IMG/VR virus record: IMGVR_UViG_3300033076_000178
Coordinates: 1 to 26,862 of that record
Direction: 5' to 3' (one strand)
Length of the DNA: 26,862 nt
Source of the DNA: a virus
Taxonomy: Duplodnaviria > Caudoviricetes
This document shows, in pieces, positions 25,902-26,862 of the stretch (position 1 is the stretch's first letter; every line of letters begins with the position of its first letter). The position numbers and the translations under genes were made by a program. The notes beneath the pieces were generated by a model. It was not told where the DNA came from. It saw only the letters and a list, made by a program, of their open reading frames with translations, and ran no database searches.

Positions 25902-26834
25902 TCAAGCGGCTATATCAGTCCAGCCAGCGTCTTGTGCGTCATTGACAGGCGTCCAGCTTCCCTGTGGTCTGCGGCGGAACCGGATGTCATAGGCGCCATT
26001 GATAGCCACTTCGGACAGGGCGGAACCGCCAAAACAGTCGATCACATAGATGTCAGTAACAGGCGGGGCAATAACGTCAACCCACTCAACTGTCTGGCTG
26101 TCGTCAACTTCGCTCCAGATGCGGATGCCGTTGCTGTTGACTATACCTGTGCCATATACGCCGGTGACATTAACCTGCGCGTCGCCGTTGATCGTGACCG
26201 TGCCAGCGTACAGAACGCCTTGAACCCCTGTTGGGTAGACGTTTGCGGTGTTGTTGAAGGTGACAGTGCCTGTCTGGCCTGTACCCGTAACGGCTGTAAC
26301 ATCGACGTCGGCGTTGGCTTGAACTGTGGCGGTTCCGAGGCGGCTGATACCAACAACACCAACAACAAACACGTTACAGTCTGGCGCTACCTCAACCGAG
26401 CCAAGCTCTGTGGTACCTTCAACGCCGGTTACATGGATCTGGCCGGCTGCCTGTACGTGTACATCGCCAAGCGTAGTTACGCCTTCAACCCCGGTTACGT
26501 CTACGTTAGCGTCTGCTGTTACCTGAGCGGTGCCGAGGTATGTGGTGCCTTGAACGCCTGTGACGTTGACAACCGCTTTGCCGGATACAGTTACGGTGCC
26601 GGTCTGTCCTGTGGCTTCTACGCCTGTTGGGTAGACATTAGCCGTGCCGGTGGCGTTTGCCGTGCCGAGGTAGGTTGTGCCTTGAACCCCGGTTACATTG
26701 ACGTTAGCATCCGCTGCGACCTGTGCGGTGCCTAGATAGCCCGTCGCCTGAACGCCAGTTACCGAAACGGCAACAGATTCATTTAACGCCTCCGCAGCGA
26801 AGGCTGTTTGTGCGAAGGAGCTAAAGCCGAACAT
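25902..26834 (-). CDS. VTGV-repeat structural protein (310 aa)
   Basis: N-terminal MFGFSSFAQTAFA; about ten 22-aa repeats; Trp-containing C-terminus. Confidence 0.8.
   Translation of the reverse strand: MFGFSSFAQTAFAAEALNESVAVSVTGVQATGYLGTAQVAADANVNVTGVQGTTYLGTANATGTANVYPTGVEATGQTGTVTVSGKAVVNVTGVQGTTYLGTAQVTADANVDVTGVEGVTTLGDVHVQAAGQIHVTGVEGTTELGSVEVAPDCNVFVVGVVGISRLGTATVQANADVDVTAVTGTGQTGTVTFNNTANVYPTGVQGVLYAGTVTINGDAQVNVTGVYGTGIVNSNGIRIWSEVDDSQTVEWVDVIAPPVTDIYVIDCFGGSALSEVAINGAYDIRFRRRPQGSWTPVNDAQDAGWTDIAA
26133..26768 (-). repeat. Coding tandem repeat, 66-nt/22-aa period, about 10 units
   Basis: Units such as VNVTGVQGTTYLGTAQVTADAN and VYPTGVEATGQTGTVTVSGKAV; third codon positions are diverged. 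Confidence 0.85.
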
Positions 26835-26862
26835 GGCTGTAGTTTACAGGTTTTTAGGGCAG

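Noticed and set aside
25932-26735. 267-aa + strand Cys-rich ORF
   Set aside because: Antisense shadow of the Thr/Val/Gly repeat gene.
26133-26768. 66-nt periodicity as a CRISPR-like array
   Set aside because: Repeats are degenerate, in frame and protein-level, with no repeat-spacer structure.
1-26862. Stop-codon reassignment
   Set aside because: The standard code already gives long ORFs and near-complete coding density.

Overview
The window looks like part of a tailed dsDNA phage genome, probably podovirus-like, with GC roughly in the mid-50s% by eye. It is almost fully coding and has two convergent arms. The + arm (1-7111) is a replication/early module: small hypotheticals, an SNF2-type SF2 helicase, a 131-aa coiled-coil protein, a Cys-containing SSB/annealing-like protein, a Cro-like HTH, and an AEP primase fused to a P-loop helicase. 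The - arm (26834 down to 7086) is a late module: VTGV-repeat protein, tail fibre, Gly-rich fibre protein, Zn-ribbon, two membrane proteins, holin, GH108 endolysin, tail-hub-like protein, C1q-like appendage protein, and an ejection-type block (661 aa, GNAT, 748 aa, 2425-aa polyvalent protein with an HExxGH motif). I saw no polymerase, terminase, capsid, integrase, RNA gene or CRISPR array. The most striking unexplained signal is about 12 copies of a [M/F/Y]-A-x-G-G motif at domain junctions of the two putative ejection proteins, plus two related small G..D...GE domains at the ends of the 661-aa protein. This may be a di-glycine polyprotein-processing or sorting system (inference only). All family calls come from recalled motifs, not database searches.
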